Virus record (IMG/VR): IMGVR_UViG_3300021509_000001
Location: 1 to 53,047 of that record
Strand: one strand, 5' to 3'
From: a virus
Taxonomy: Duplodnaviria > Caudoviricetes
DNA length: 53,047 nt
Part shown: positions 44,674 through 53,047 of the stretch, one piece after another
How positions within the stretch are numbered: position 1 is the first letter of the stretch
Layout: each line of letters opens with the position of its first letter
Program-made: the position numbers and the translations under genes
The notes under the pieces: generated by a model
Database searches by the model: none
Told to the model about the DNA's origin: nothing
What the model saw: the letters and a program-made list of their open reading frames with translations, nothing else

Positions 44674-45082
44674 AGTCAGAACTGCCTACGGGACCTTCTG
44701 GAAGCAAACCGAGCTCGCGGACCTGATCCGCGAGGTGGACTCCTACCGGGGCAAACTTAGTCCGGAGACCGTGAAGAAGCTGGCGGAGAAATACGGCGAC
44801 ACCGAGGAGTACGTGTGGAGCCTGTTCCGGACCAGGCGCTACAGGAAAGGACGAAAGTGGAGAAAGCTGAGGAAAGAAGGCACGGCGCGGTTCCACGACG
44901 GCAAGAACGCGTGGCTCGAGGAAGAGATCGAGTTCCTGCGCGCCAACTTCCGCAAGATGAGCGATGCGGAGCTCGCGGAAGCGCTGAGCGAGCTGCCCTG
45001 CAACCGAGCGCGGGGCAAGGTGAGGACCCGGAGTTCCGTGGAGAAGAAACGGTGGCGGCTCGGGTTGAGGAGGAGGGCATGA
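44663..45082 (+). CDS. Myb/HTH-like DNA-binding protein
   Basis: W..EEIEFLR.N...MSD.ELAE.L...RT..SV..K..RLGL. Confidence 0.7.
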   Translation: MLVKVRTAYGTFWKQTELADLIREVDSYRGKLSPETVKKLAEKYGDTEEYVWSLFRTRRYRKGRKWRKLRKEGTARFHDGKNAWLEEEIEFLRANFRKMSDAELAEALSELPCNRARGKVRTRSSVEKKRWRLGLRRRA

Positions 45083-45291
45083 CGGGAGCTTTTACGGAAG
45101 AGACTCGTATCTGCCCACGGTGCGGAAAGCGGATGATCAAACGTTACGAATCGCGCGTGCTGGCTTCGTACCCGCCTCAATATCCTTGGTTCTGGTGGTG
45201 CAAATGCGGCCATACCGAGGAGGGAGGGATCGATCGAGGGATGACAATTGAAGAAGTCTATGAAAGGCTGTGGGAGGAAGCCAACCAATGA
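45079..45291 (+). CDS. Small zinc-ribbon protein
   Basis: CPRCGK..LASYPPQYP..W.CKCG. Confidence 0.7.
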   Translation: MTGAFTEETRICPRCGKRMIKRYESRVLASYPPQYPWFWWCKCGHTEEGGIDRGMTIEEVYERLWEEANQ

Positions 45292-45409
45292 ATGAGAAAG
45301 TGACTGAGAGCAACGCGCAAGCAAGTGATGAGGACAAAGAGAAGATCAAACGAAAGCCCTCTCCGCGCGAATGGGCGAAGTGGGCAGGGTACGACTGCGG
45401 AGAGTGAAC

Positions 45410-46804
45410 ATGGGAACCCTCACCATTGACCATCCCGCGTTGGACTTGGTGGACCCGGCCGGTTGGATTTGCAAAGTCACCGGTGCCGAGCCGTGGTCCC
45501 GCCAGGAAGAGATCCTGAAAGAGCTATTCCGTTCCCGACGCCTCGTGGTCCGGTCCGCGAACGCCGTGGGCAAGTCCTGGACCGCGGCCCAAGCGATACT
45601 CCTCTTTGCCACTCATTTTCATCCATCTGTTGTAGTGACAACCGCCCCGACGTTTCGCCAAGTGAGAGACGTCATTTGGCGCGAATTGCACCGGTCTTGG
45701 CGGTCGGCTTTAGAGCGCGGTTGGAAGTTAGGAAAGGAACCGTTACAGACGATATGGCGGCCTTTTCCAGACGTGCTCGTAGAGGGAATCGCGGTCCCTC
45801 ATTGGGCAGCTTCAAACATCCAAGGTCCTCATTCTGAACACGTTCTCGTCGTGGTGGACGAGGCGCAGGGTTTGACTTGGGAGGTATGGTCCGGGATCCA
45901 GACTCTCCTCCGGGGGCGGTTTTCGTTCCTGCTCATGATCGGGAATCCGACACGTGTGGAAGGACCCTTTTACGAGGCTTTCCGGGATCCTCAATTTTCC
46001 CAGATGAGCATTTCGGCCCTGGAGTCCCCGAACGTCGAGACCGGCAGGATCGTCATCCCGGGCCTCGTGACCAAGGAAGACGTGGAAGAGATCCGGCGAA
46101 GGTACGGCGAGGATTCCTGGGAGTGGAAGGTGTGGGTCCTGGGCGAGTTCGCGGAACGGAGCGAGGACGTTTTAGTCGCGCTGTCTTGGGTGGAAAAGGG
46201 AGGACTGAGGAATGAACCCGGGGAAGGAAGGGTGGAAGTCGGGGCGGACATAGCCCGTTACGGCGGTGATCACACGGTGTTCGTGGCCCGCAAGGGAGGC
46301 TGCGCTTTCGCGCTTCAGGAGTGCCCGCCGGGTAGCACGATGGAGACGGCGGGGCGTTTGATCGCGTTCGCACGCAAGGTCAAGGCCGAGCTGATCAAGG
46401 TCGACGTCACCGGAGTCGGCGCGGGAGTGGTAGACCGCTTGAAGGAGCAAGGCTATCCCGTCGTGGGGGTGGAGTTTGGAGGGCGGCCGATAGAAAGGGA
46501 GCGGTTCGAAAACAAGTCGGCCGAGATGTGGTGGAACCTGGCCGAGATGCTGCAGAAAGGAGAAGCTTGGGGTCCCGTGTTCAAGGACCGGAACGTCATG
46601 CGGGACCTGACCGGCCGAAAGTACAGCTACACGTCGGCCGGGAGGATAAAGCTGGAGTCCAAAGAGCAGATGCGCAAGAGAGGCGTACCTTCGCCGGACT
46701 GGGGCGACGCGGTGGCGTTGGCTTATGCGGCTGTGGACGCGTGGAGGCCGGACGTGCCCTTGCCGATAGGCATAGGGCGCAGATCGCCGTGGAGAGGGAG
46801 GTAG
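45410..46804 (+). CDS. terL: Terminase large subunit
   Basis: VRSANAVGKS Walker A, TAPT, VVVDEA Walker B, IGNP, nuclease GADIARYGGD, SPDWGDA. Confidence 0.95.
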   Translation: MGTLTIDHPALDLVDPAGWICKVTGAEPWSRQEEILKELFRSRRLVVRSANAVGKSWTAAQAILLFATHFHPSVVVTTAPTFRQVRDVIWRELHRSWRSALERGWKLGKEPLQTIWRPFPDVLVEGIAVPHWAASNIQGPHSEHVLVVVDEAQGLTWEVWSGIQTLLRGRFSFLLMIGNPTRVEGPFYEAFRDPQFSQMSISALESPNVETGRIVIPGLVTKEDVEEIRRRYGEDSWEWKVWVLGEFAERSEDVLVALSWVEKGGLRNEPGEGRVEVGADIARYGGDHTVFVARKGGCAFALQECPPGSTMETAGRLIAFARKVKAELIKVDVTGVGAGVVDRLKEQGYPVVGVEFGGRPIERERFENKSAEMWWNLAEMLQKGEAWGPVFKDRNVMRDLTGRKYSYTSAGRIKLESKEQMRKRGVPSPDWGDAVALAYAAVDAWRPDVPLPIGIGRRSPWRGR

Positions 46805-46806
46805 TG

Positions 46807-47046
46807 ATGCTCAGTAGCGAAGAAATCAGGCGGTGTGGTGGCGTTCGGGCGGCTCGCGAGGTCAGGCGGGCGTGCCGGAAGTTGACTACGTTGTTCGGGT
46901 GGCGTGAAGATCCTCCGTCGCCGGTATTTCACGCCGTCAACGGCGAACTCGGGCTCTTCGTGTGGGATGGATCGGGCTACCGGTTCGAGTGTTATATCGT
47001 CGATGAGGAGGATTCCGAGTCTTTAGAGAGGAGGGATGGACGGTGA
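46807..47046 (+). CDS. Hypothetical protein
   Basis: GGAGGT RBS. Confidence 0.6.
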   Translation: MLSSEEIRRCGGVRAAREVRRACRKLTTLFGWREDPPSPVFHAVNGELGLFVWDGSGYRFECYIVDEEDSESLERRDGR

Positions 47047-47369
47047 ACGATCTCAAGTCGGCTTGGGAGCGGATGCAAACGAGGTTTGCCGCCTACGCCA
47101 AGGCGAGAGAAGAGTTCGGCGAGGAACTGGAGGCGTGCCTCAAGTCGGTCGCGAAGGACATCGAGCTCCTGCCGCATTGGGAAGAAGTGTGGCACGAGCC
47201 CCTGTTCTTCGGGCGCGAGTCCGCGGAAGGGAACGTCCCGCTCGGGAACGTCGTCAATCCGATCTTCGGTTGCTACATCGCGGAAGGTGAAGCGCGGCTC
47301 ACCGAGGAAGAGAAAGGGAAGCTGGAGGAGCTTCTCGTGAAGCTCGGGTTCAAGAAGAAGGATGATTGA
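47043..47369 (+). CDS. Hypothetical protein
   Basis: GGAGG RBS; GTGA coupling. Confidence 0.65.
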   Translation: MNDLKSAWERMQTRFAAYAKAREEFGEELEACLKSVAKDIELLPHWEEVWHEPLFFGRESAEGNVPLGNVVNPIFGCYIAEGEARLTEEEKGKLEELLVKLGFKKKDD

Positions 47370-47491
47370 CTATCTGATATTCTATCCGCTCGAGCTGATC
47401 AGCCGGATCGTGACCGCTTGGTACCGTCGCCGACTGGAGCGCAATTCGCTTGCTTATCTCGAGAGGGGCGCTAGGATAGGAAGGAGGGACC

Positions 47492-47674
47492 ATGACGGAC
47501 GAGATATGGCCGTTCGGTGAAGGAAATGAATTCGAGGAGAACCTGGGCAAGTTCGCCCGCCTGCTTCGCTGTCTCTTCGACGCCCTAAAGGACGCGGGCT
47601 TCACTGAGCAGCAGGCGTTCGAGCTGATCAAAGACTTCCTGAAAAGTTCGCTGGCGGCGGCGAAAGGTGCGTGA
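47492..47674 (+). CDS. Small hypothetical protein
   Basis: AAGGAGG RBS; L.DAGFTEQQAFELI. Confidence 0.7.
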   Translation: MTDEIWPFGEGNEFEENLGKFARLLRCLFDALKDAGFTEQQAFELIKDFLKSSLAAAKGA

Positions 47675-48951
47675 TGGCGGAGAAGAAGGAGCCCGATTTC
47701 AAGACGCTCGGAGTTCCGGGCCTGTCGATCTGGTCCGGCGTCTTGCGCGAGGAGTGGCTTTCCGAGCTCCAAGGGAAGAAGGGCCGGAAAGTCTGGCGCG
47801 AGATGCGGGACAACGACTCGACCGTCGGCTCCATCCTCTTCGCCATTTCCCACATCCTCAGGGGCGCCCAGTGGTCCGTCGAGCCGGGCGGGGACTCCAG
47901 GGCGGACAGGGAGGCGGCCGATTTCCTCGAGCAATGCATGCACGACATGGAAACGCCCTGGACCGAGTTCGTTTCCGAGGTCCAAAGTTTTCTTGTCTAC
48001 GGGTTCTCGGTGTTCGAGATCTTGTGGAAAGTCAGGGAAGGTCCGGACGCCCCTCCGTCGGGCCGTTCCAAGTACAGCGATAAGCGCCTAGCTTGGCGGG
48101 ACTTTTCGATCCGGGCCCAGGAGACGATCGTCAGGTGGGACATGGACTCCTCGGGAAACCTCAAGGGACTGTGGCAAGTGGCTCCGCCCGACTATAGGGA
48201 GCGTTACATCCCGGCAGACAAGTTCCTTTTGTTCAGAACTGAAGCGCATAAAGGGTCGCCCGAGGGCCGCTCGGTCCTCCGCAACGCGTACCTCAGTTGG
48301 TACTTCAAAAAGAATTTGCAGATTTTGGAAGGGATCGGGGCGGAGAGGGATCTCGCCGGATTGCCTGTCCTGTACGTGCCTTACGATTATTTGACTGACG
48401 ATGAAAAAGAGAAAGACAGGGCATGGCTAGAGGATTTAGTGAAGAATATCCGCCAGGACGAGGAAGCTGGCCTGCTCCTCCCGATGGACCCGTACGCCGA
48501 AGGCGGGCCCCGGGAGCTCATGCGCCTGGAGCTGATCTCTTCGGCCGGAAGTAAGCAGTTCGACACGTCGGAGATCATCCAGCGGTACGACCACGCCATA
48601 GCGCAGACCGTCTTGGCGGACTTCGTTTTGCTGGGCCTGGAGAGCAAGGGCTCCTACGCCCTGGCCCGGGAGAAGCGCACGGTGTTTGAGACCGCGCTCA
48701 TAGCCTGGCTCGATTCCATCGCGGACGCGATCAACGCCAAGGCGGTACGTCAGTTGTTTGAATTCAACGACTTCGGCATCGACAATCCGCCCAAGCTGGT
48801 GGCCCGCTTGCCGCGCGTGCCGGACCTCGACGAGGTGACGAAGTTGATCGACGCCTTGGCGAGGGCGGGCGCGGAGCTGTTCCCCGACGAGGACCTGGAA
48901 AACGCCTTGAGGGCCCAAGTCGGGCTCCCGGCGAAGAAGACGGAGGCGTGA
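47674..48951 (+). CDS. Portal protein (DUF935/Mu gp29-like)
   Basis: EEWL.ELQG, YGFS.FE, PEGRSVLRNAY..WYFK, G.ERDLAGLP, GSYAL. Confidence 0.92.
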   Translation: MAEKKEPDFKTLGVPGLSIWSGVLREEWLSELQGKKGRKVWREMRDNDSTVGSILFAISHILRGAQWSVEPGGDSRADREAADFLEQCMHDMETPWTEFVSEVQSFLVYGFSVFEILWKVREGPDAPPSGRSKYSDKRLAWRDFSIRAQETIVRWDMDSSGNLKGLWQVAPPDYRERYIPADKFLLFRTEAHKGSPEGRSVLRNAYLSWYFKKNLQILEGIGAERDLAGLPVLYVPYDYLTDDEKEKDRAWLEDLVKNIRQDEEAGLLLPMDPYAEGGPRELMRLELISSAGSKQFDTSEIIQRYDHAIAQTVLADFVLLGLESKGSYALAREKRTVFETALIAWLDSIADAINAKAVRQLFEFNDFGIDNPPKLVARLPRVPDLDEVTKLIDALARAGAELFPDEDLENALRAQVGLPAKKTEA

Positions 48952-48952
48952 G

Positions 48953-51010
48953 ATGGCCCTCCGCTCTAGCCTCCTTTCCTCCGAGACGACCTCTTTAGGA
49001 GCGGAGGGCCTTTCCAAAGCGAGAGGCAGGAAGGTTTCGGTCGAGGAAGCCCGCGAAGCCTTCGTCGACGCCTTCGAGAAAATCCGGCACAAGGTCAAGA
49101 GCGAGGACATCAGGGAAGCTTTGGAAGAAGAGAAGCCGAACAAATTCATCAAGAAACTCGAGAAAGCGGGCATCGTGACCGCGGCCCTGCTCGGGGCTTG
49201 GAAGGTCTTCGATCCTCATTTCCTCTATCACGCCAACCGGGAGGTGGTCTACTGGGACTGGGACCGACGTTTGGTCCCCGGCGATTCTTGGGTCAGGGCT
49301 TGGCTAAAGAAGTACGGACTGAAAAGGGTCAAAGACTTATCGGCGGAGACGATCGAGGCCGTCAAGGTCGCCCTGGGCGAAGCGTTGGAGCGAGGCGAGA
49401 ACCCGCTCGTGGCGGCCCGGCGCATCAGGTCGATGATCGGGCCGAACTTCCGCCAGATGGGAGCCATCGAGCGGTACTACTCCAGATTGTTGGATCAAGG
49501 AGTCGCTCAGAGGAAGGCGAGGGAACTGACGCAGAAACTGGCGGATAGGTACGTCAAGCAGCGGGCCGAGACGATCGCGAGGACGGAACTGATCGCGGCC
49601 GAGAACCACGGGCGGCTGGAAGCTTGGGATCGGGCGGTGGACGCGAAGTTAATCGGAAAGGAATCCGAGAAGGAATGGGTAACGGCGTTCGATGAAAGAA
49701 CCTGTCTTCCCGGGTTTGTGATAGTCGAAACTCCCTCAGGACAGCGTCCTGTAGCGAGAGTGCGTCCGGGAGACTATGTGTTGACTCCCTTAGGTTTCCG
49801 GAAAGTTGTCGGAAAGAGTGCTCGATACAAAAAAGAACCTCTTATACGCATTCGAACGGCGTCTCGCGAGTTGGTTTGTACTCAAGACCATCTTGTTTTC
49901 ACAAACAGAGGATGGTTAGAAGCCCGGCAGGTGAGCAAAGGAGACATGCTTTTCCAGAAGCTCCATGATGATGAGGGGAAGGGCGTTATCAAAAGTGTTG
50001 ATGGTGCTTTCAGAGATTCTAATGACCTTCCAGCCGTGCTTTTCAAGAAATCGATCTTTGCGGGCGTCCCTCGCGGGATCTTTGTGCCAGTAGTCTCCGT
50101 CGACTTCGATCGCGATTTTGTGGCTCGGAATCGCGAAGTCAATCGAATACCGGCCGCACGAGGCCTCTTGGACGTAATTAAGTTTAAGTTTGGAAAGAGC
50201 TTGCCTGACTTTTCTTTCTATGGACGTTTCTCCTCGGAATTTTCGATAGCAGGAGAAGGAACAGAATTGGCGGGTTCCAAGTTCACTTGGGCAAACGCGG
50301 AAGCGTTTCCCGCACGTTTTGCACGTGGCGTAGTGAGGGGGGCGTCTGCATTCTTCCGAGCAATACTTTCGGTCTGGTCTGTTGGCTCGAAACACCTTTC
50401 CACAGCGGGCGCATTTCTTGTAAACGGTATTGGCAAGCCGGCATTCGCGACTGCAAACTGTGTACCGATCCGCTTCGGAAAGTCTGACCGTGAATTCCTT
50501 GCCGCATACCGGGCAGATCTTGGTAACTTTTGGAGTAGAACGAAGGTAGCATTCCCGAGAGCAAAACTTCTGCGAATCGCGACGGGGAAGAAATTCCTTG
50601 CCACAATAAGCGCAACGACGAGGCTTCCGTTTGCGTGTCGAAATATGGTAACAAGTCCGCGAACAGAATTTTTGCGTTGGGTAAGCGGGGCGGAAAGACT
50701 TCCCACACACGGGGCAAGTGCGAAGCGTTTCCATTTCCTGAGAAGCTTTGCTTGCACGACTGTTCTTGACCATTGCGCCATATTTTATCATAAGTGGGTC
50801 TGCACTCGCAAGGTTTTTGACTTGACGGTCGAAGGAGTCCATTGTTTCTATGCCAACGGGATTTTGGTCCACAATTGTGATATTTGCGCCCTCGAGGACG
50901 GCGTGCGGGTGAAGTTGGACGAGCCTTTTCCGGACGTTGGGGTCATGGCCCCGCCTGCTCATCCTCGCTGTAGGTGCAGCATGAACCTAATCCCTGCTCC
51001 CGCCCGATGA
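48953..51010 (+). CDS. MuF (phage minor head) protein interrupted by an intein
   Basis: RAETIARTE, KEWVTA.DERT|CDIC, PPAHPRCRC; spliced product ~294 aa. Confidence 0.92.
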   Translation: MALRSSLLSSETTSLGAEGLSKARGRKVSVEEAREAFVDAFEKIRHKVKSEDIREALEEEKPNKFIKKLEKAGIVTAALLGAWKVFDPHFLYHANREVVYWDWDRRLVPGDSWVRAWLKKYGLKRVKDLSAETIEAVKVALGEALERGENPLVAARRIRSMIGPNFRQMGAIERYYSRLLDQGVAQRKARELTQKLADRYVKQRAETIARTELIAAENHGRLEAWDRAVDAKLIGKESEKEWVTAFDERTCLPGFVIVETPSGQRPVARVRPGDYVLTPLGFRKVVGKSARYKKEPLIRIRTASRELVCTQDHLVFTNRGWLEARQVSKGDMLFQKLHDDEGKGVIKSVDGAFRDSNDLPAVLFKKSIFAGVPRGIFVPVVSVDFDRDFVARNREVNRIPAARGLLDVIKFKFGKSLPDFSFYGRFSSEFSIAGEGTELAGSKFTWANAEAFPARFARGVVRGASAFFRAILSVWSVGSKHLSTAGAFLVNGIGKPAFATANCVPIRFGKSDREFLAAYRADLGNFWSRTKVAFPRAKLLRIATGKKFLATISATTRLPFACRNMVTSPRTEFLRWVSGAERLPTHGASAKRFHFLRSFACTTVLDHCAIFYHKWVCTRKVFDLTVEGVHCFYANGILVHNCDICALEDGVRVKLDEPFPDVGVMAPPAHPRCRCSMNLIPAPAR
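49916..50773 (-). CDS. Zinc-finger-repeat DUF559/Vsr-like endonuclease encoded antisense inside the intein
   Basis: Five CxxCGK.F...CS..C repeats; TSIE..V...L, YSIDFA, IAIEVDGDYWH, D..KD..L...GWKVIRI.E. Confidence 0.88.
   Translation of the reverse strand: MVKNSRASKASQEMETLRTCPVCGKSFRPAYPTQKFCSRTCYHISTRKRKPRRCAYCGKEFLPRRDSQKFCSRECYLRSTPKVTKICPVCGKEFTVRLSEADRYTVCSRECRLANTVYKKCARCGKVFRANRPDRKYCSEECRRPPHYATCKTCGKRFRVCPSELGTRQFCSFSCYRKFRGETSIERKVRQALSKLKLNYVQEASCGRYSIDFAIPSHKIAIEVDGDYWHKDPARDARKDRFLEKHGWKVIRISESTINTFDNALPLIIMELLEKHVSFAHLPGF
50782..50811 (-). promoter_or_regulatory. Antisense promoter inside the intein for the endonuclease gene
   Basis: TTGCGA-18-TAAAAT with extended TGn; ATG 8 nt downstream. 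Confidence 0.65.
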
Positions 51011-51015
51011 GGGAC

Positions 51016-51044
51016 TTGACAACCGGGGTGCTCCGTCGTATAAT
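51016..51044 (+). promoter_or_regulatory. Consensus sigma70 promoter for Y-like RNA/Ro60
   Basis: TTGACA-17-TATAAT. Confidence 0.88.
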
Positions 51045-51049
51045 TTAGT

Positions 51050-51118
51050 TGTCGGGCCGGAGGCCCTGCGTTACCTCGGCTCTTGAAGGCTACTCGCAGG
51101 GCCAAATTTCGCCCGGCA
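51050..51118 (+). ncRNA. Y-RNA-like element (Ro60-binding stem) in the leader of the Ro60 gene
   Basis: GUCGGGC[C]GGA pairs with UUC-GCCCGGC; 3' bulge AAAU; upper stem GGCCCUGCG/CGCAGGGCC; begins at the predicted TSS. Confidence 0.7.
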
Positions 51119-51142
51119 CTTACGAAAGGAGGCAGAAGAATC

Positions 51143-52720
51143 ATGTACGAACGGCACTATCAAACCAGACGGACTCCCCAGAAGGAGAAGATCCCAGGCA
51201 CCACCCAGGTCCAAAATAACGCGGGGGGCTTTGCCTGGGCGGTTGACGATTGGGCTCGGCTGGACCGTTTCCTGGTTTTAGGATCCGAAGGCGGAACCTA
51301 TTATGTCCGGGAGCGCGAGCTCACGATCCAGAACGCGGAGGCGGTCCACCGGTGCATTCTGGCAGATGGACCTCGCGTAGTGAACCGAATCGTCGAGATT
51401 TCCGATTCCGGTCGGGCACCTAAGAACGACCCCGCTCTCTTCGCTTTGGCGATGGCCGCGTCCCTGGGTTCTCCGGAGACGAAAGCTGTGGCCTTAGAAG
51501 CCTTGCCCAAGGTTGCCCGGACCGGAACTCATCTTTTCCATTTCCTCCGCTATGTTGAAGCTTTCCGCGGTTGGGGCCGCAGCCTTCGCCGCGCCATCCA
51601 GAACTGGTACCTCTCGAAAGACGTTTCCCAGCTCGCCTACCAAGTTGTCAAGTACCAAGCTCGCGACGGTTGGTCTCACAGGGACGCTCTTCGTCTTGCG
51701 CATCCGAAGCCCGATTCTTCCGAGCGGGATGCCCTGTTCCGCTGGATTGTCAAGGGGGAGCCCGTTCCCAAAGTCGAGTCTCTGGCCCTGGTCGACGCGT
51801 TCGAGCGGGCCAAGCGGGCTTCTACGGCGAAGGAGATCTGCTCTCTCATCGCCGACTACGGGTTGCCGCGGGAAGCGATTCCGACGAAATGGCTCAAGGA
51901 GCCCAAGGTGTGGGAAGCGCTTTTGCCCCAGATGCCGATGACCGCCTTGCTGCGAAATCTCGGGAACTTGTCCAAGTACGGCGTGCTGACTCCGCTTTCC
52001 GAGGCGAGCAAGTTCGTGGTCTCTCGCTTCTCTGATGAGGCAGCCATCTGCAAGGCTCGGTTGCATCCGCTTTCCATTTTGCTCGCGCTTGTCACTTATG
52101 CTTCCGGCGGAGGATACCGAGGAAGCGGGACTTGGGAGCCAGTCTCCGAAGTTGTCGACGCGTTGGACCGCGCTTTCTATCTGGCGTTCCAAAATGTAGA
52201 GCCGACCGGCAAGCGCCTCGTTTTGGCTTTGGACGTGTCTGGTTCGATGTGGGAGACTTATATCGCAGGGTCGCTCCTTACGGCGGGGCAAGGTGCCGCG
52301 GCCATGGCGCTCGTGACTGCCGCGACCGAGCCTCAGTGCGAGATCGTCGCCTTCTCGCACGAGATGGTGCCTCTTGCCATTTCCCCGAGGGAGCGCCTCG
52401 ATGACGTTGTGAAGAAGCTGGACATGCCGTTCGGGGCGACCGACTGCGCCTTGCCCATGTTGTGGGCCTTGGAGAAAGGCGTGCAAGCGGATGCTTTCGT
52501 GATCTATACCGACTCCGAGACTTGGTATGGGAACGTGCATCCGGTCCAGGCATTACGGGAATATCGGCAAAAGACTGGGATCCCCGCGAAACTGATCGTG
52601 GTAGGGATGTGCTCCAACGGGTTCTCCATCGCGGATCCTGACGATCCGGGCATGTTGGACGTGGTTGGGTTTGACGCTGTGGTGCCAGCGGTCATAGCCG
52701 ATTTCATCCGCGACGGGTAA
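51143..52720 (+). CDS. rsr: Ro60 / TROVE-vWA RNA-binding protein
   Basis: QVQNNAGGF.W..DDW.RL.RFL.LGSEGGTYY, KYQ.R.GWSHRD.LRL.H, MPMTALLRNL, vWA LDVSGSM, TDC.LPM, TDSETW, MLDVVGFD. Confidence 0.95.
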   Translation: MYERHYQTRRTPQKEKIPGTTQVQNNAGGFAWAVDDWARLDRFLVLGSEGGTYYVRERELTIQNAEAVHRCILADGPRVVNRIVEISDSGRAPKNDPALFALAMAASLGSPETKAVALEALPKVARTGTHLFHFLRYVEAFRGWGRSLRRAIQNWYLSKDVSQLAYQVVKYQARDGWSHRDALRLAHPKPDSSERDALFRWIVKGEPVPKVESLALVDAFERAKRASTAKEICSLIADYGLPREAIPTKWLKEPKVWEALLPQMPMTALLRNLGNLSKYGVLTPLSEASKFVVSRFSDEAAICKARLHPLSILLALVTYASGGGYRGSGTWEPVSEVVDALDRAFYLAFQNVEPTGKRLVLALDVSGSMWETYIAGSLLTAGQGAAAMALVTAATEPQCEIVAFSHEMVPLAISPRERLDDVVKKLDMPFGATDCALPMLWALEKGVQADAFVIYTDSETWYGNVHPVQALREYRQKTGIPAKLIVVGMCSNGFSIADPDDPGMLDVVGFDAVVPAVIADFIRDG

Positions 52721-52794
52721 CTGGTGGGGCCTTCGGAGTCTGCGGTCAGGGCAAAAACATTTGCCGTCTTGACCACCTCGAGTAAACTCTTTTC

Positions 52795-53047
52795 GTGATT
52801 CCCGAGCGGGTTCGCGGACTGTACCTGGTCGCGCCGCACGGCACGCTGCTGGCGACGGGCGAGAAGCGGGCCGTGGTCAAGGCGCGCAAGTTCAGGATGG
52901 CGGGAGAGTGGCTCGCCATCTTGGAGGACCAGCGCCTTGTCGGCGTTGCGAAGTTCAAAGCACCGAAGCCTTTAACGGTCGAACAGTTCCGCAAAGCGTA
53001 CGATCTCCATCGCATTTCCGAGGCAGAGAGACTGGCCTGGTGGATGG
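52795..53047 (+). CDS. 5' end (ASCH domain) of the polyvalent ligase gene, continuing at position 6 onward
   Basis: GTG 52795 in frame with ATG 52897; GLYLVAPHG.LLATGEK.AVVK; promoter TTGCCG-16-TAAACT 6 nt upstream. Confidence 0.75.
   Translation, partial: MIPERVRGLYLVAPHGTLLATGEKRAVVKARKFRMAGEWLAILEDQRLVGVAKFKAPKPLTVEQFRKAYDLHRISEAERLAWWM

Larger units (their letters stand above)
49703..50875 (+). mobile_element. Intein (391 aa) in MuF
   Basis: N-terminal CLPG, block B CTQDHLVFT.RGW, block F VFDLTVEG.H.FYANG, terminal VHN followed by Cys. Confidence 0.93.

Noticed and set aside
50774-50962. Longer N-terminus for the antisense endonuclease (track start 50962)
   Set aside because: It would extend outside the intein; the internal promoter favours ATG 50773
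51083-51142. Ro60 start at 51083
   Set aside because: It falls inside the Y-like stem; the strong RBS supports ATG 51143

Overview
The window is an apparently complete, circularly permuted ~52.9 kb GC-rich tailed phage genome. Bases 1-156 repeat at 52892-53047. The tail genes (tube, frameshifted chaperone, long tape measure, no sheath) point to a siphovirus. Sigma70-type promoters and GGAGG ribosome-binding sites indicate a bacterial host; the host is not identifiable from sequence alone. Modules: packaging/head (TerS, TerL, portal, MuF, protease, scaffold, cement, MCP), neck/tail, a minus-strand envelope and recombination region (Sak4, SSB, Cas4-like nuclease, HNH), and an AAA replication gene with a candidate origin. 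No integrase, clear repressor or recognisable endolysin was found. Most unusual observations: (1) the MuF intein carries its zinc-finger/DUF559 endonuclease as a separate gene on the opposite strand with its own promoter, while the intein frame stays open; (2) the head module contains a Y-RNA-like leader plus Ro60, an ASCH-NUDIX-nucleotidyltransferase-ligase polyprotein, and LigD-type phosphoesterase domains fused to the prohead protease, possibly a virion-linked nucleic-acid repair kit; (3) glycan-modifying genes sit inside the structural operon; (4) there are two further ncRNA candidates and two unannotated micropeptides. All family assignments are by motif recognition by eye, not database searches.
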